This document shows positions 49,101 to 58,429 of a stretch of DNA of 64,000 nt, one piece after another. The position numbers and the translations under genes were made by a program. Origin of the DNA: an uncultured Chloroflexia bacterium (GTDB lineage Bacteria > Chloroflexota > Anaerolineae > Anaerolineales > DRKV01). Under the pieces are notes generated by a model, which was given only the letters and a program-made list of their open reading frames with translations, was not told where the DNA came from and searched no databases. The stretch covers positions 1,153,836 to 1,217,835 of the forward strand of contig CAWGNX010000002.1 in the NCBI GenBank assembly GCA_963824065.1, read 5' to 3'. Every line of letters starts with the position of its first letter. Position 1 is the first letter of the stretch.

Positions 49101-49321
49101 ATGATATCTTTATCGTCTCGATCGATCCTATACCAGCACACTCTGGCATCGACATCGTTCGCAAAGTCTGTCAGGAGGGTAGTTTTTCCATAACCGGCGG
49201 GCGCGGAGATAAAGATCAATTTGCGGTAAATATTTTGGTGCAACAAATCGATCAAACGTTGCCTACGTAAGATATCCTTACGCCGTAAAGGAATTTTTAT
49301 TTTTGTCAGTACGACTGGCAT
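46109..49321 (-). CDS. STAND (MalT-like) NTPase - TPR - winged-helix/BTAD transcriptional regulator
   Basis: 1070 aa. The N-terminus IFISAPAGYGKTTLL has a Walker A motif, and LVLDDYH a Walker B motif, as in MalT. The central region is TPR-like repeats. The C-terminus DLWPD...STLWRLRRALG has a wHTH and ALYKGDFL...ILRIDPYQDAIHLAVMQC, a BTAD domain. Confidence 0.8.
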   Translation of the reverse strand: MPVVLTKIKIPLRRKDILRRQRLIDLLHQNIYRKLIFISAPAGYGKTTLLTDFANDVDARVCWYRIDRDDKDIIPFALHLIGSIRQNFSEFGKETMAILEAGGGVPDPIGLGLELINEMVRYVTDFSVLVLDDYHMVGEQQAVVDLIETLLEYLPDHVRLIMASRSVYGIPAANLYVRNDLATISADEMRFRPEELNELIQDHYSVTLSEDQVDEIAQRADGWIIAILLALRALEQGVKPKFQQTSSEMYDFLAQEVVELQPEHLREFLTKTSILDEFNVALCNALLQIDDSQKLLQELEERNLFVTRIETEFGTTNYRYHQLFGEFLAQRLSDTEPETKLILHHRAADWYLQHEFWEDAVYHKMAAGEQEEAAVWMERLASELFIAGRTSVISEWIREITEPVDFRRRAPWLSLTWAKVLYERGDYNQGDEYLEIAESVLKDSTEVNRRASLYVTKGMGRIYQGQPQDALELAQVALKLLEDQPENYYTFQAFRLVGMSLRHLGQTDKSVQSLEMAARGFRSIVAKQDMHERQAAHDLAETLNDLGIAHFEHGSVLESQKCLEEVLSIRRKQKSNLGALAIALNNAGYMYYLLGRYREAWRAYEEAYAVASSLRHHRGIVHILNSRGDLLRDLEEWKDAETSYLEAKRRADSSDRYALFSTYIGLSELERRRGNYHDALYWLREAARIRGQSVKSPDYQVGLGQVYLDMGQYDMAAGALNQAIRSWSSNNRPNQNLSLANFLLGRVYFEVGKNSASLNVVKRALEVSAQLGYDQFLVVAARAKIDFLQFLSQQRELGGYIHNIHQRVSDFPSLEALVSTKREQVTLPQFRLKISGFGQGIVYKDEILITSSEWKSSNARALFFFIIDRRGLRKEEIAIDLWPDFTQAKATSNFQSTLWRLRRALGNKDAVVFDQNRYIINPNIELHYDVDEFLSEITLAHGSKVSPTKKIDLLRKAVALYKGDFLLEISGSWVEIRREELLQQYLSALRELGDLLNATREFTKARDIYEQILRIDPYQDAIHLAVMQCLVNLGTPAAAKAHYYNYRDFLWKELKAKPQSDLDDFCATLP

Positions 49322-49447
49322 TGGTGACTTTGGACCAAAGAACGATTTTTATGGAACTATTGAAGGAGGCTTATCCAAAATTATACCTATATTCACGAAA
49401 TTCTAATATCAATATGAGGTATTCAATTGCGTCTCCAGGAAACCCTA

Positions 49448-50743
49448 TCAATGAGATTTTTTAATAAGCTCCTCATAGGTTTCATTAATTTTTTCAGCAA
49501 TGACCTTCCAACTGTACGCCTGGGCAAAATCGGCAGCTTGCGTTCCCATTTGTGCGCGCAATTCCTGATCCATCAACAAGGCAATGATTCGGTCGGCTAA
49601 TGCCTCTGGTTCTCCAACAGGGACGTGAAAACCTGTAATCCCATCCTGAATTAAAAACGCCAAACCTCCTACCTGTGATGCTACAACAGGTATTCCACAT
49701 GCCATTGCCTCCAATGCTACCATACCGAAGGACTCATAATGAGAAGGGACGATTACAACCTCGGATGCAGAATAGTAATAGGGCAAACTATCCTGTGATT
49801 GCATTCCATTAAACCTGACAAAGTCCGTTAGCCCCAATTGCCTGCTCATGTCTTGAATACGAGCCATCTCTTCAGATTTGGTTGCCTCGTCCGCGCCGGG
49901 ATCCCCACCGATGACAACAAGACACAAGTGTGTATTTGATAATCGTCCGTCGTTTACGATTAATGCGATCGATTGTAGTAACACATCCAAACCTTTCAAA
50001 GGTTCGATTCTGCCTACAAATAAGAGCATTTTGTCACCCGTAGTCACTCCAATAAATTCCTTGGCTTCATCCTTGGCAATGGGATAAAACCGACTTACAT
50101 CTACACCGGGAGGAATGATGATGACCTTCGAGATATCCGCTTGATAGAGCCACTGAAGCTGAGCCTCCTCAGCGGGAGTAGCAGCAATAATCGCGTCCGC
50201 TTCTTTAAGAACCTTTTTTTCACCCCTAATCCGGTAATCACCCTCTAACTGGGAATCTTCCTGAGCAACTCGATTCTTCATTGTTCCCAGAGTGTGAAAC
50301 ATGCTAACGAGGGGAACATTCCAAATTTCTTTTAACTCCAGGCCAGCAATTCCAGACATCCAATAATGGGAATGAATGAGATCATAACTAAGGTTTTTAG
50401 ATACTACGAAATTCATAATCCCTTCTACAAAGTCGGGAATATATTTCGCCAATTCATTTTTTTGCAAAGGGAATTCCGGACCTGCCGGAACATGGACAAC
50501 ACGGTTGCCGTACCCAAGGTCATGAAGAACATGTGGAACATGCTCATCCTGGGAACGTGTAAAAATATCGACATGAACACCCAGCCGGCCCAAGTAGCGA
50601 GTCAGGTCACGCACATATACATTCATCCCCCCTGTATCTTTGCCTCCCAGGGTTGCCAGGGGGCAGGTATGGTAGGAGAGCATCGCAATTCGCAATGTCC
50701 GAGGTTCAGACCTTTTTGGCAAACTTTGCCAGTCAAATTCCAC
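49448..50743 (-). CDS. GT4-family glycosyltransferase (MshA-like N-terminus)
   Basis: RIAMLSYHTCPLATLGGKDTGGMNVYVRDL... and the C-terminal E-x7-E region SHYESFGMVALEAMACG. Confidence 0.8.
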   Translation of the reverse strand: MEFDWQSLPKRSEPRTLRIAMLSYHTCPLATLGGKDTGGMNVYVRDLTRYLGRLGVHVDIFTRSQDEHVPHVLHDLGYGNRVVHVPAGPEFPLQKNELAKYIPDFVEGIMNFVVSKNLSYDLIHSHYWMSGIAGLELKEIWNVPLVSMFHTLGTMKNRVAQEDSQLEGDYRIRGEKKVLKEADAIIAATPAEEAQLQWLYQADISKVIIIPPGVDVSRFYPIAKDEAKEFIGVTTGDKMLLFVGRIEPLKGLDVLLQSIALIVNDGRLSNTHLCLVVIGGDPGADEATKSEEMARIQDMSRQLGLTDFVRFNGMQSQDSLPYYYSASEVVIVPSHYESFGMVALEAMACGIPVVASQVGGLAFLIQDGITGFHVPVGEPEALADRIIALLMDQELRAQMGTQAADFAQAYSWKVIAEKINETYEELIKKSH

Positions 50744-50796
50744 TCAGACCTCTTTTTCTACAGTAAAATTCGTTCTCTTGGTATAATCCAGCCCGC

Positions 50797-50869
50797 GCCA
50801 CCATAGCTCAGTTGGTAGAGCAAACGATTCGTAATCGTTAGGTCGAGGGTTCGAATCCCTCTGGTGGCT
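50797..50869 (+). tRNA. tRNA-Thr (anticodon CGU)
   Basis: Cloverleaf: acceptor GCCACCA/TGGTGGC, D arm GCTC-AGTTGGT-AGAGC, anticodon arm AACGA-TTCGTAA-TCGTT, T arm GAGGG-TTCGAAT-CCCTC. No encoded CCA. Confidence 0.9.
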
Positions 50870-50876
50870 TACAGAT

Positions 50877-50902
50877 AAACCAGGAGTGCTCCCTGGTTTT
50901 TT
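50877..50902 (+). terminator. intrinsic terminator after the tRNA
   Basis: AAACCAGGAG...CTCCCTGGTTT stem followed by a T-run. Confidence 0.65.
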
Positions 50903-50938
50903 ATTTAATCTGGCTCATTGCTCCAGTATAATTCGCAT

Positions 50939-51595
50939 ATGGAAAAAACTGCAACTCCTTTGGTAATCGGCCTAGCTGGTGGGTCCGGATCAGGAAAAAC
51001 AACGGTTGCAAACGTGATTCTCTCCAGAGTGGGTGCACACAACATCGCTTATTTACCTCATGATGCGTATTATCACGATTTGCAAAATCTTCCTCCAAAC
51101 AGGCGTGCCGAAATCAACTTCGACCATCCAGATTCGCTTGATACCGACTTAATGATTGAGCACATTCGAACCCTGAGGGAATGGCAGCCGGTTCAATTAC
51201 CAGTTTACGATTTTAAACATGACCGGCGAACAACCGAATATACGTCTGTATTTCCCCAACCTGTTATTCTCGTGGAAGGTATCCTGATCTTCGCAATACC
51301 TGATTTGCTTCCTTATTTTGACGTCAAAATATTTGTTGACACAGATGCGGACATTCGTTTTATTCGCCGTCTCCAGAGAGATATTTACAAGAGAGGTCGT
51401 ACAACCGAGTATGTGGTCGAACAATACCTTGCTACAGTGCGACCAATGCATCTTAAATTTGTTGAACCGTCTCGCCGGTACGCCGATGTTATCGTACCAG
51501 AAGGCGGTCATAATGCCGTTGCAATGGATATGATTGTTGCCCGTATCCAGACGCTGTTGTCTAATCGGTCCGAATCCGCCCCCGGTAGCTCTTAG
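50939..51595 (+). CDS. udk: uridine kinase
   Basis: VIGLAGGSGSGKTT is a P-loop, followed by ...NFDHPDSLD...FVDTDADIRFIRRLQRD.... The start is the ATG at 50939. Confidence 0.9.
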   Translation: MEKTATPLVIGLAGGSGSGKTTVANVILSRVGAHNIAYLPHDAYYHDLQNLPPNRRAEINFDHPDSLDTDLMIEHIRTLREWQPVQLPVYDFKHDRRTTEYTSVFPQPVILVEGILIFAIPDLLPYFDVKIFVDTDADIRFIRRLQRDIYKRGRTTEYVVEQYLATVRPMHLKFVEPSRRYADVIVPEGGHNAVAMDMIVARIQTLLSNRSESAPGSS

Positions 51596-51611
51596 AAAGG
51601 AAATCTGAACA

Positions 51612-52124
51612 ATGCCAACCTTGTCTTGGAATAGTCCTCCTCAATTGCAGATCGATCCCACAAAGAATTACGAAGCAACATTACACTCCACCATGGGAGA
51701 TATCAAATTAAATCTTTTCGCATCTGAAGTCCCAAATACTGTGAACAATTTTGTGTTTCTGGCGCGCAATGGTTTTTACGATGGTACGATTTTCCACCGG
51801 GTTATCGCTAATTTCATGATTCAAGGTGGCGATCCAACCGGAACTGGGCGAGGAGGTCCGGGCTACAAGTTCCGTGATGAATTTTCACCAAAGCTAAAAC
51901 ACGACCGGGCAGGCGTTCTGTCAATGGCGAATTCTGGACCAAACACAAATGGTTCCCAATTTTTTATTACTCACGTTCCTACACCCTGGTTGGATAATAA
52001 GCATAGTATCTTCGGAGAAGTAATTGATGGAATGGACGTTGTCCTGGCAATTCCGCCAAGAGATCCTGCTCAGACAGCCAGCCCAAGTGTAAAAATTACA
52101 TCAATCACAATTACTGAAACTTAA
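51612..52124 (+). CDS. cyclophilin-type peptidyl-prolyl cis-trans isomerase
   Basis: [25 protein letters not shown]...[15 protein letters not shown] motifs. Confidence 0.95.
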   Translation: MPTLSWNSPPQLQIDPTKNYEATLHSTMGDIKLNLFASEVPNTVNNFVFLARNGFYDGTIFHRVIANFMIQGGDPTGTGRGGPGYKFRDEFSPKLKHDRAGVLSMANSGPNTNGSQFFITHVPTPWLDNKHSIFGEVIDGMDVVLAIPPRDPAQTASPSVKITSITITET

Positions 52125-52135
52125 GTACAAATCTC

Positions 52136-52681
52136 ATGTCTCCTGAGCGTCGTTTGGCGCTGATGCGGGTCCTGGCGATTGTGTTTGTTGTCGGGGTTAG
52201 CATCGCAATTTTTCTCTTTCGCGATCAGGCCGAACAACTGGCTCAATATGGATATATTGGGATTTTCTTTCTCTCAATTTTGGCAAATGCTACAATTATC
52301 TTGCCAGCGCCTGGGATTGCCGTCGTATTCGCAATGGGGAGTGTGTTCAGCCCTATCGGCGTTGCCCTGGCAGCGGGAGCCGGTGCAGCTATCGGTGAGT
52401 TGTCTGGTTACCTGGCTGGATTCAGCGGTCAGGCTGTGATCGAAGATATGCGCTCGTACAACCGGATTTACACTTGGATGCATGGGAACCGCTCATTTAG
52501 TTTTTTAGCCATATTTTTCCTGGCGGCTATCCCCAATCCATTTTTTGACATCGCGGGGATTGCAGCTGGTGCATTGCGTATGCCTGTTTGGCAGTTTTTA
52601 TTTTGGGCATTCCTCGGTAAAACCGTGAAAATGTTGTTCTTTGCTTATGCAGGCTCCATTTCGATTAATTATTTCAAATAA
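52136..52681 (+). CDS. YqaA/DedA-like (VTT domain) membrane protein
   Basis: 181 aa with 4-5 TM helices. The IILPAPG...GAAIGELSGYLAG pattern is typical of the YqaA family. Confidence 0.6.
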   Translation: MSPERRLALMRVLAIVFVVGVSIAIFLFRDQAEQLAQYGYIGIFFLSILANATIILPAPGIAVVFAMGSVFSPIGVALAAGAGAAIGELSGYLAGFSGQAVIEDMRSYNRIYTWMHGNRSFSFLAIFFLAAIPNPFFDIAGIAAGALRMPVWQFLFWAFLGKTVKMLFFAYAGSISINYFK

Positions 52682-52699
52682 CTAACGAAAGGAAGAAAC

Positions 52700-54076
52700 A
52701 TGTCTGAGATTAATTCAATCGACAAATACCTTGAGTCTCACCTCACCGAAAGTATCAATGAACTATCCAGGCTTTGTGCTCAACCGAGCGTGGCCGCACA
52801 AAAGTGGGGTATGGATGATTGTGCGAACCTGGTTGGGGAGATGCTCCGTAAACGTGGATTTTTCGTCGAAATATTACCAACCGGTGGTGCCCCAGTTGTG
52901 TATGCTGAACGCATCGGTCGCTCTGATAAAACTCTCCTGTTTTACAATCACTACGATGTCCAACCACCGGAGCCCCTCGATTTGTGGGAAACTCCGCCAT
53001 TTGAGCCTAGCGTGCGAGATGGAAAACTATTTGCGCGAGGAGTTAGCGATGACAAAGGTCACATTGTCAGCAGATTATTCGCTATCGATGCAATCTTAAA
53101 TACCAACCAGAATTTGTCTGGTGAGGATCCTGCGTTACCCTGTAATATCAAATTCATTATCGAGGGGGAAGAAGAAATAAGCTCCATTCACCTGCATGAG
53201 TTTGTGGTTGAACATAAAGAAAAACTTGCGGCAGATGTTTGTATTTGGGAATTCGGTGGAGTCGATTTCAGAGATGTTCCAATGCAGTACCTCGGTATGC
53301 GTGGTATCTGCTACGTCGAACTTTCGGTGGAAACTGCCCATATCGATGCCCATTCTGGCTTGGGAGGATCCATTTTCCCAAATGCAGCCTGGAGACTTGT
53401 TTGGGCACTAAATTCCATAAAAGGTCCGGACGAAAAAATCAATCTTCCGGGCCATTATGATCACGTAATTCCACCCACCACCCGGGACCGCCAGCTCATG
53501 GAGGCGTTACCAGAAGTAGCTGACGAATATAAACAGAGGTATGGAATTAAGAATTTCCTCAAGGGAGTTGAGGGTGGTGTCGATTTACGTCTGGCAGAGG
53601 TATTTGAACCGACCTGCACGATCTGCGGTCTTACAGCGGGTTACCAGGGAGAAGGATCAAAAACTGTATTACCGGCTTATGCAAAGGCAAAGGTAGATTT
53701 TCGGCTTGCACCAGGCCAGATGCCAGAACAGGTCATATCAGCTTTGCGCAGCCACCTGGATCAGAATGGATTTCAGGATGTACAAATTACCTTTCTCGGT
53801 GGTGAACCACCAGCTCGAACCGATCCGGATGATCCTTTTATCAAGCTGGTTGTTGATACTGCTGCGGATGTATACGAGCATCCCATGGAGCTCGTACCAA
53901 TGATTGGTGGATCTGGACCAAACTATCCTTTTATTCACGAACTAAAAGTCCCGGTAGCCACCGCCGGGGTTGGTTATCCAGGATCACAAGCCCATGCCCC
54001 TAATGAAAATATGAGGATCGACTTATACTTGAAAGGGGCAAAACATATCGCCAGGATCATTGAGGCATTAGGCTGA
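52700..54076 (+). CDS. M20-family metallopeptidase (dipeptidase/deacylase-like)
   Basis: 458 aa with FYNHYDVQP, ARGVSDDKG and IIEGEEE metal-ligand motifs. Confidence 0.85.
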   Translation: MSEINSIDKYLESHLTESINELSRLCAQPSVAAQKWGMDDCANLVGEMLRKRGFFVEILPTGGAPVVYAERIGRSDKTLLFYNHYDVQPPEPLDLWETPPFEPSVRDGKLFARGVSDDKGHIVSRLFAIDAILNTNQNLSGEDPALPCNIKFIIEGEEEISSIHLHEFVVEHKEKLAADVCIWEFGGVDFRDVPMQYLGMRGICYVELSVETAHIDAHSGLGGSIFPNAAWRLVWALNSIKGPDEKINLPGHYDHVIPPTTRDRQLMEALPEVADEYKQRYGIKNFLKGVEGGVDLRLAEVFEPTCTICGLTAGYQGEGSKTVLPAYAKAKVDFRLAPGQMPEQVISALRSHLDQNGFQDVQITFLGGEPPARTDPDDPFIKLVVDTAADVYEHPMELVPMIGGSGPNYPFIHELKVPVATAGVGYPGSQAHAPNENMRIDLYLKGAKHIARIIEALG

Positions 54077-54090
54077 ATTTCACTCATTAA

Positions 54091-54120
54091 TTGACGCGCG
54101 GTGTTAACATCGCGCGTCAA
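54091..54120. terminator. hairpin between convergent genes
   Basis: TTGACGCGCG (54091-54100) pairs with CGCGCGTCAA (54111-54120), a 10-bp stem. The flanks are AT-rich. Confidence 0.55.
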
Positions 54121-54173
54121 ATTATTTATGCCACTTGGATCGAGATCATCAGGACATTGGCGAAAGATTGGTC

Positions 54174-55718
54174 CTACTTCGTGTCCTCTGAATTCGATCC
54201 TTTCTTCTCTTTCGCTTCTCTTTTGATCTTTTGCCAGATTTCATTAATTGATTGGACTTCTTGCAGATTTTCTGGATATTCGCCGTATCGAATTTTATTA
54301 TACGCAAGCGTAATTTTCCGAACGCCATCAGCATTTTCCACGAATACTTTCTCTAGTTGAGTGCTATATTCGAGCGGGGTCCACGCTTCTAATCGGATCG
54401 CTCCCAATGACTCTCCTAACTCACATAACTCCCGATAGGTTTTACGAATCTGCGCGGCTGCAATTTTCTTTTGATTGCTCGCCGAATTTAGAGTCAAATC
54501 CAACTTTTTTCCCAAGGAGATTAGTTGGTGGAGGAGAATGTATTTAAATATTCTGGCAAGACTGCTCCGGTCCATGATTGAATCTAATTCATCTTCTTTT
54601 AGTTTGCCGTAATTCCTTGTAAACCATTGAAAACTCACAAAAAATAACCCAAACAACAACACGATCCCTACACCACCCCACAAAAATGCGGGTTTCGAAA
54701 TCGATATATCAGGTAAATATTGCCGAGCAATTTCCAGAAGCCGGTAGGCAAATCCATCGAGCTGTGAAATCATGTTCTGTAAATTAGTGATTAACTCTGG
54801 CATTGCCTCCCCAAGGATCGATTGCGAGCTCACCCAGTCCAGGATTACAATGAGCAGCAGGAAAATTGGAAAAAGCAACAATAATAGCAGTCCGACTAGA
54901 ATTTTTCCAATAACGGCTAGAATTTGCAAAACTGAATAGAAGATTTGAGTTTGCAAGAGTTGGGTTACGGCTATCGCCAGTAAGACAGCCACAACTGCTG
55001 ACAATACCATCCCTGCTAACCAACGACGATCGAACGTGGTTTCCCGCCCGCCACGCATCCTTTCGTTGACCGACATCCGGGCAGCCCCGATGGCCAATAA
55101 ACCGAAAAATAAATAGACAAACAGAAAATTGCCTGGTATTTCATCAGTCAACAGCGTATTGATGGCAACAAAAAACACCAGCATAAAAAAACCAACCTGG
55201 AAACGAACTGCCATGTCTCTCGGACTTGTTATCTGGCTGGCTATCGAGATACCCCGAAAAAGGATAAATAAAACCACAATTACAATTACGAATTCATCTG
55301 GAAATATAACCAAATAATCTGCGAATGCTAGAACTGGTTTTTGGATAAGCTCAACAATATTTATCGATTGGGAAAAATACAACAGATATCTTAAGGCCAG
55401 CAACCCGACAGCAAATGCAAAAACTAAAAAAACCATGTGGCGAAGTTGTGATCGTAGTCGAAAATAATTCATCCCCCGAGCTAATAAATACGCCGCAATG
55501 AGAATTCCAAATAAAACGATAAAAACTCGCGCCGGGGTAGCTTGATTCGTTCCGAAAGTGAGTGAGCGGTACCAAGGAACAATCCAAGCCAGTTCCATGA
55601 CAATCTGAGAAACGATCGCCAGTTCTTTCCACGGCTGTATTTCTGGAAATTCTGCTTGATTAATTGGGTCTGGTTGATGTAATGTGCCAGTCATTCGCAT
55701 TTCAGGTGAAAGGTTCAA
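54174..55718 (-). CDS. polytopic membrane protein with a C-terminal DUF4129-like domain (paralog 2)
   Basis: 514 aa, about 10 TM helices, an RGGRETTFDRRW motif and the C-terminus ...TPLEYSTQLEKVF...LAYNKIRYGEYP.... The TTG start overlaps the upstream stop. Alternative ATGs are at 55700 and 55694. Confidence 0.65.
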   Translation of the reverse strand: MNLSPEMRMTGTLHQPDPINQAEFPEIQPWKELAIVSQIVMELAWIVPWYRSLTFGTNQATPARVFIVLFGILIAAYLLARGMNYFRLRSQLRHMVFLVFAFAVGLLALRYLLYFSQSINIVELIQKPVLAFADYLVIFPDEFVIVIVVLFILFRGISIASQITSPRDMAVRFQVGFFMLVFFVAINTLLTDEIPGNFLFVYLFFGLLAIGAARMSVNERMRGGRETTFDRRWLAGMVLSAVVAVLLAIAVTQLLQTQIFYSVLQILAVIGKILVGLLLLLLFPIFLLLIVILDWVSSQSILGEAMPELITNLQNMISQLDGFAYRLLEIARQYLPDISISKPAFLWGGVGIVLLFGLFFVSFQWFTRNYGKLKEDELDSIMDRSSLARIFKYILLHQLISLGKKLDLTLNSASNQKKIAAAQIRKTYRELCELGESLGAIRLEAWTPLEYSTQLEKVFVENADGVRKITLAYNKIRYGEYPENLQEVQSINEIWQKIKREAKEKKGSNSEDTK

Positions 55719-57217
55719 CCTGCCAGCTGGCTTTTCAGCTTTTTAATCTTTTTTGCTTGTTCTTGGATATTCAACCAGGCATTGTTTACTAACGAAACTT
55801 CGTTTTCGGTTTCTGGCATCTCTCCATAACGAACGGCCAGATATGCCTGGGTTACGAGTTCGAGATCCTTCTGATTTTCCGCAAAGATATACTTGAGTTC
55901 GCGCTCATATTCTAGCGGAGTGGCACTGGTATTGCGTGGATACCCAAGATCCTGGGTTAAATCGAGAAATTCCGCATAGATGACACGTATTCGCTCAGCG
56001 GCCTGCTGACGTTCTCTTGCAGACAACTGTCTGTTGTTACGCATTGAATCGGTGGTCGATTGCAATCGATTTTGAAATAATTCTCGGAAGGCTTTGAGCA
56101 AATCCTTATTTTCAAGCAGATATTCTCTTTCAAGGTCATCACCGGATTCTTTTGTTTGCAAAGTAATCCAGCGAACGGACAATATCAGGAAGACGACAAC
56201 AATTGCCAGCCCGACGAGTAATAAAATTCCCCGTAATTCTGGAGTTAACAATTGATTCTGACCAATCAGAAGAAAGCCACCAGCTCCACCAGGATCGACA
56301 CCTCCAGCACCATCCAGAGGTGAAAGCTCTGGAGTGACGACTGGGGTTGGCAATAACTCCCTGGTTCGATTGATGGCTGGCGTTAACAGGTAAATGATTG
56401 CCAGAAATGGGGAAGCAAGAACTATTCCAATCAAAATTAGAATCCCCCCGATCAACCCAAAGAATATCCCGGCCTGACCAGTCATGATGGTCGCAATGCC
56501 ATAAGCAACGGTCACAAAACCAACTGTACTGATCCCAACAGCCAAAAACCACCGCCGGTCAAACGGGCTTTTACCACCACCCCGCAAGTAACCCATAATC
56601 GATACACGTGAAGAGATCAGACTGACCAGCCCAAATAATAAGAATGAGAATATCATGATCGTGGGGTTAATCGTCCGAGCCAATGGAACAAGGAAACCAA
56701 CCAGCGCAAAAATTCCAAACATAACAATCCCAAGCCTGAAATAGTCGAATACTAGCATTGGACCCAGGCGTTCTTTCGCCAGCCACACGCCGCGCCACCA
56801 CAAAATAACAACGATCATGCTCACCCAAAACCAGGTTGGGATTTGGGTAAGAAAATCTGCAAATGTTGAAATCTTTTGATTTCCAAGTCCTTGAAAATTT
56901 GTAACAAATGTCGGACCTGTCATTAATATATTCCCAATATACAAACTGATTACAAGGCAGGCTGTCATTAATATGCGCCGAATCCCTTGTTTTAATGCAA
57001 AATTGGAGGCAGCTCTCAAGACAAGGGTCGTTAAAGCAACGATACCAACCGATGTTAATAATAGAATTTCCTGACTAACCAATGCAATTGAAGCATTCAA
57101 CGACTGCATCCAAACTACCGACCAGCTCATTTCCATAAAAATAAAAGCAACAATCGCAAGCCACTGCCAGGATACTTGAAGTGGGTTTGTGGTTTCAGAT
57201 ATTTTCTGGTTCATCAT
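55715..57217 (-). CDS. polytopic membrane protein with a C-terminal DUF4129-like domain (paralog 1)
   Basis: 500 aa with the same architecture: RGGGKSPFDRRW and the C-terminus ...TPLEYERELKYIF...QAYLAVRYGEMP.... Confidence 0.65.
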   Translation of the reverse strand: MMNQKISETTNPLQVSWQWLAIVAFIFMEMSWSVVWMQSLNASIALVSQEILLLTSVGIVALTTLVLRAASNFALKQGIRRILMTACLVISLYIGNILMTGPTFVTNFQGLGNQKISTFADFLTQIPTWFWVSMIVVILWWRGVWLAKERLGPMLVFDYFRLGIVMFGIFALVGFLVPLARTINPTIMIFSFLLFGLVSLISSRVSIMGYLRGGGKSPFDRRWFLAVGISTVGFVTVAYGIATIMTGQAGIFFGLIGGILILIGIVLASPFLAIIYLLTPAINRTRELLPTPVVTPELSPLDGAGGVDPGGAGGFLLIGQNQLLTPELRGILLLVGLAIVVVFLILSVRWITLQTKESGDDLEREYLLENKDLLKAFRELFQNRLQSTTDSMRNNRQLSARERQQAAERIRVIYAEFLDLTQDLGYPRNTSATPLEYERELKYIFAENQKDLELVTQAYLAVRYGEMPETENEVSLVNNAWLNIQEQAKKIKKLKSQLAG

Positions 57218-57236
57218 ACGTAATCAGGATAATGCA

Positions 57237-58427
57237 TCACTGGGCGATATAAGGCATATGGATTGTTTGCACACCTGGAATCACAGGTGGTAAGTTCTGT
57301 GATAACGAAACCAGTGTTATCTTTCGTTCATGTCTTTTAAGTCGGATCAATGTTTCTGCAATCGAATTAGGTGTAATTCCGGTAATAATCACCAGGGTTG
57401 CACCATATGGAATCCGGGGGATTTCCTTGACAAGGTACCTTTCAAACTGGGCCGTCACAACTGGATTTACACCTGCCAGGGCGCTCAATAATATCCCTAA
57501 TTGTCTGGGAGTCCTCCCTGGCGGGATTCGGAAAGGCTGGTCCGATCTTGAAATGCATCCATTTGAGATCAATCCAACTCGATAACCGCTTTTAATGCCC
57601 TGGTCGCACATTGCTGCAGCCATACTTACCAGGTGCTCTAACATCGGGGGGTCAACACCTTCCCAAGACCGTTCGGACGTGGAAACATTCAGACAAACAA
57701 CCATCACCTGCCCGGATGTGGGTTGAAAAACCTTCACCTGCAGCTCACCGGTCCTTGCTGTCGCTGGCCAATGAATCCTACGGAAACTATCTTCTGGATG
57801 ATATTCTCGGACACCCATCGGTCGATTTGGATCTTCAAACAAACGTCTGCGAGAGCGTTGATCTCCGAGCGGGTCTTCCGCAGGCAGTTCGAACCGTGCC
57901 AATGGAGCCAATTCAGGAAACACCGTGATAATTTGAGATTGGTCGCCTAATTTTGCTTCTTCATAAATGCCGAAGATATCGCCAGAGAGTAGCTGTGCTG
58001 GTCCGACCTGGTAGACTCCACGCTGGCGAAACTGAATTTGATAACGACGGCGAGCTCGTTCATACCAGCGCAGGCTGAATAAATTGGTCAATAGACCTTG
58101 GTCTTGAATATGTGAAGGCGCTAGCAAAGACGCATCGGTGGGACCGATGTTCCTCGGCCAGGGATCTTGAATTCGTAACCAGGAAATCGGCAGCAATTTA
58201 CGGTTTTCAATTTCTAGTTGAACCGATGTTTCTTCACCTGGAAATCCACGTGTGTAGTGAAATTTGCGCCTGTATAAAATATTTTTTAATGACTGACCTC
58301 GCCACCACCATGCAAGACCAATGACAACTGCTATAGCAATTGCCAGGGACATTACCCATTCAATCCGAAGAAATAGTCCTAAAACAAATATCACTGCCAA
58401 TATTGGCAGCCAACGCCGAGGGTTCAT
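57237..58427 (-). CDS. DUF58-family protein
   Basis: 396 aa with two N-terminal TM helices and GVREYHPEDSFRRIHW, the DUF58 signature. It immediately follows MoxR. Confidence 0.8.
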   Translation of the reverse strand: MNPRRWLPILAVIFVLGLFLRIEWVMSLAIAIAVVIGLAWWWRGQSLKNILYRRKFHYTRGFPGEETSVQLEIENRKLLPISWLRIQDPWPRNIGPTDASLLAPSHIQDQGLLTNLFSLRWYERARRRYQIQFRQRGVYQVGPAQLLSGDIFGIYEEAKLGDQSQIITVFPELAPLARFELPAEDPLGDQRSRRRLFEDPNRPMGVREYHPEDSFRRIHWPATARTGELQVKVFQPTSGQVMVVCLNVSTSERSWEGVDPPMLEHLVSMAAAMCDQGIKSGYRVGLISNGCISRSDQPFRIPPGRTPRQLGILLSALAGVNPVVTAQFERYLVKEIPRIPYGATLVIITGITPNSIAETLIRLKRHERKITLVSLSQNLPPVIPGVQTIHMPYIAQ

Positions 58428-58429
58428 AA

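Noticed and set aside
50797-50939. tRNA-Thr as a possible integration hotspot or island boundary
   Set aside because: No integrase was found. I saw no direct repeat of the tRNA 3' end downstream, and the flanking genes are ordinary housekeeping genes (GT4, udk, cyclophilin).
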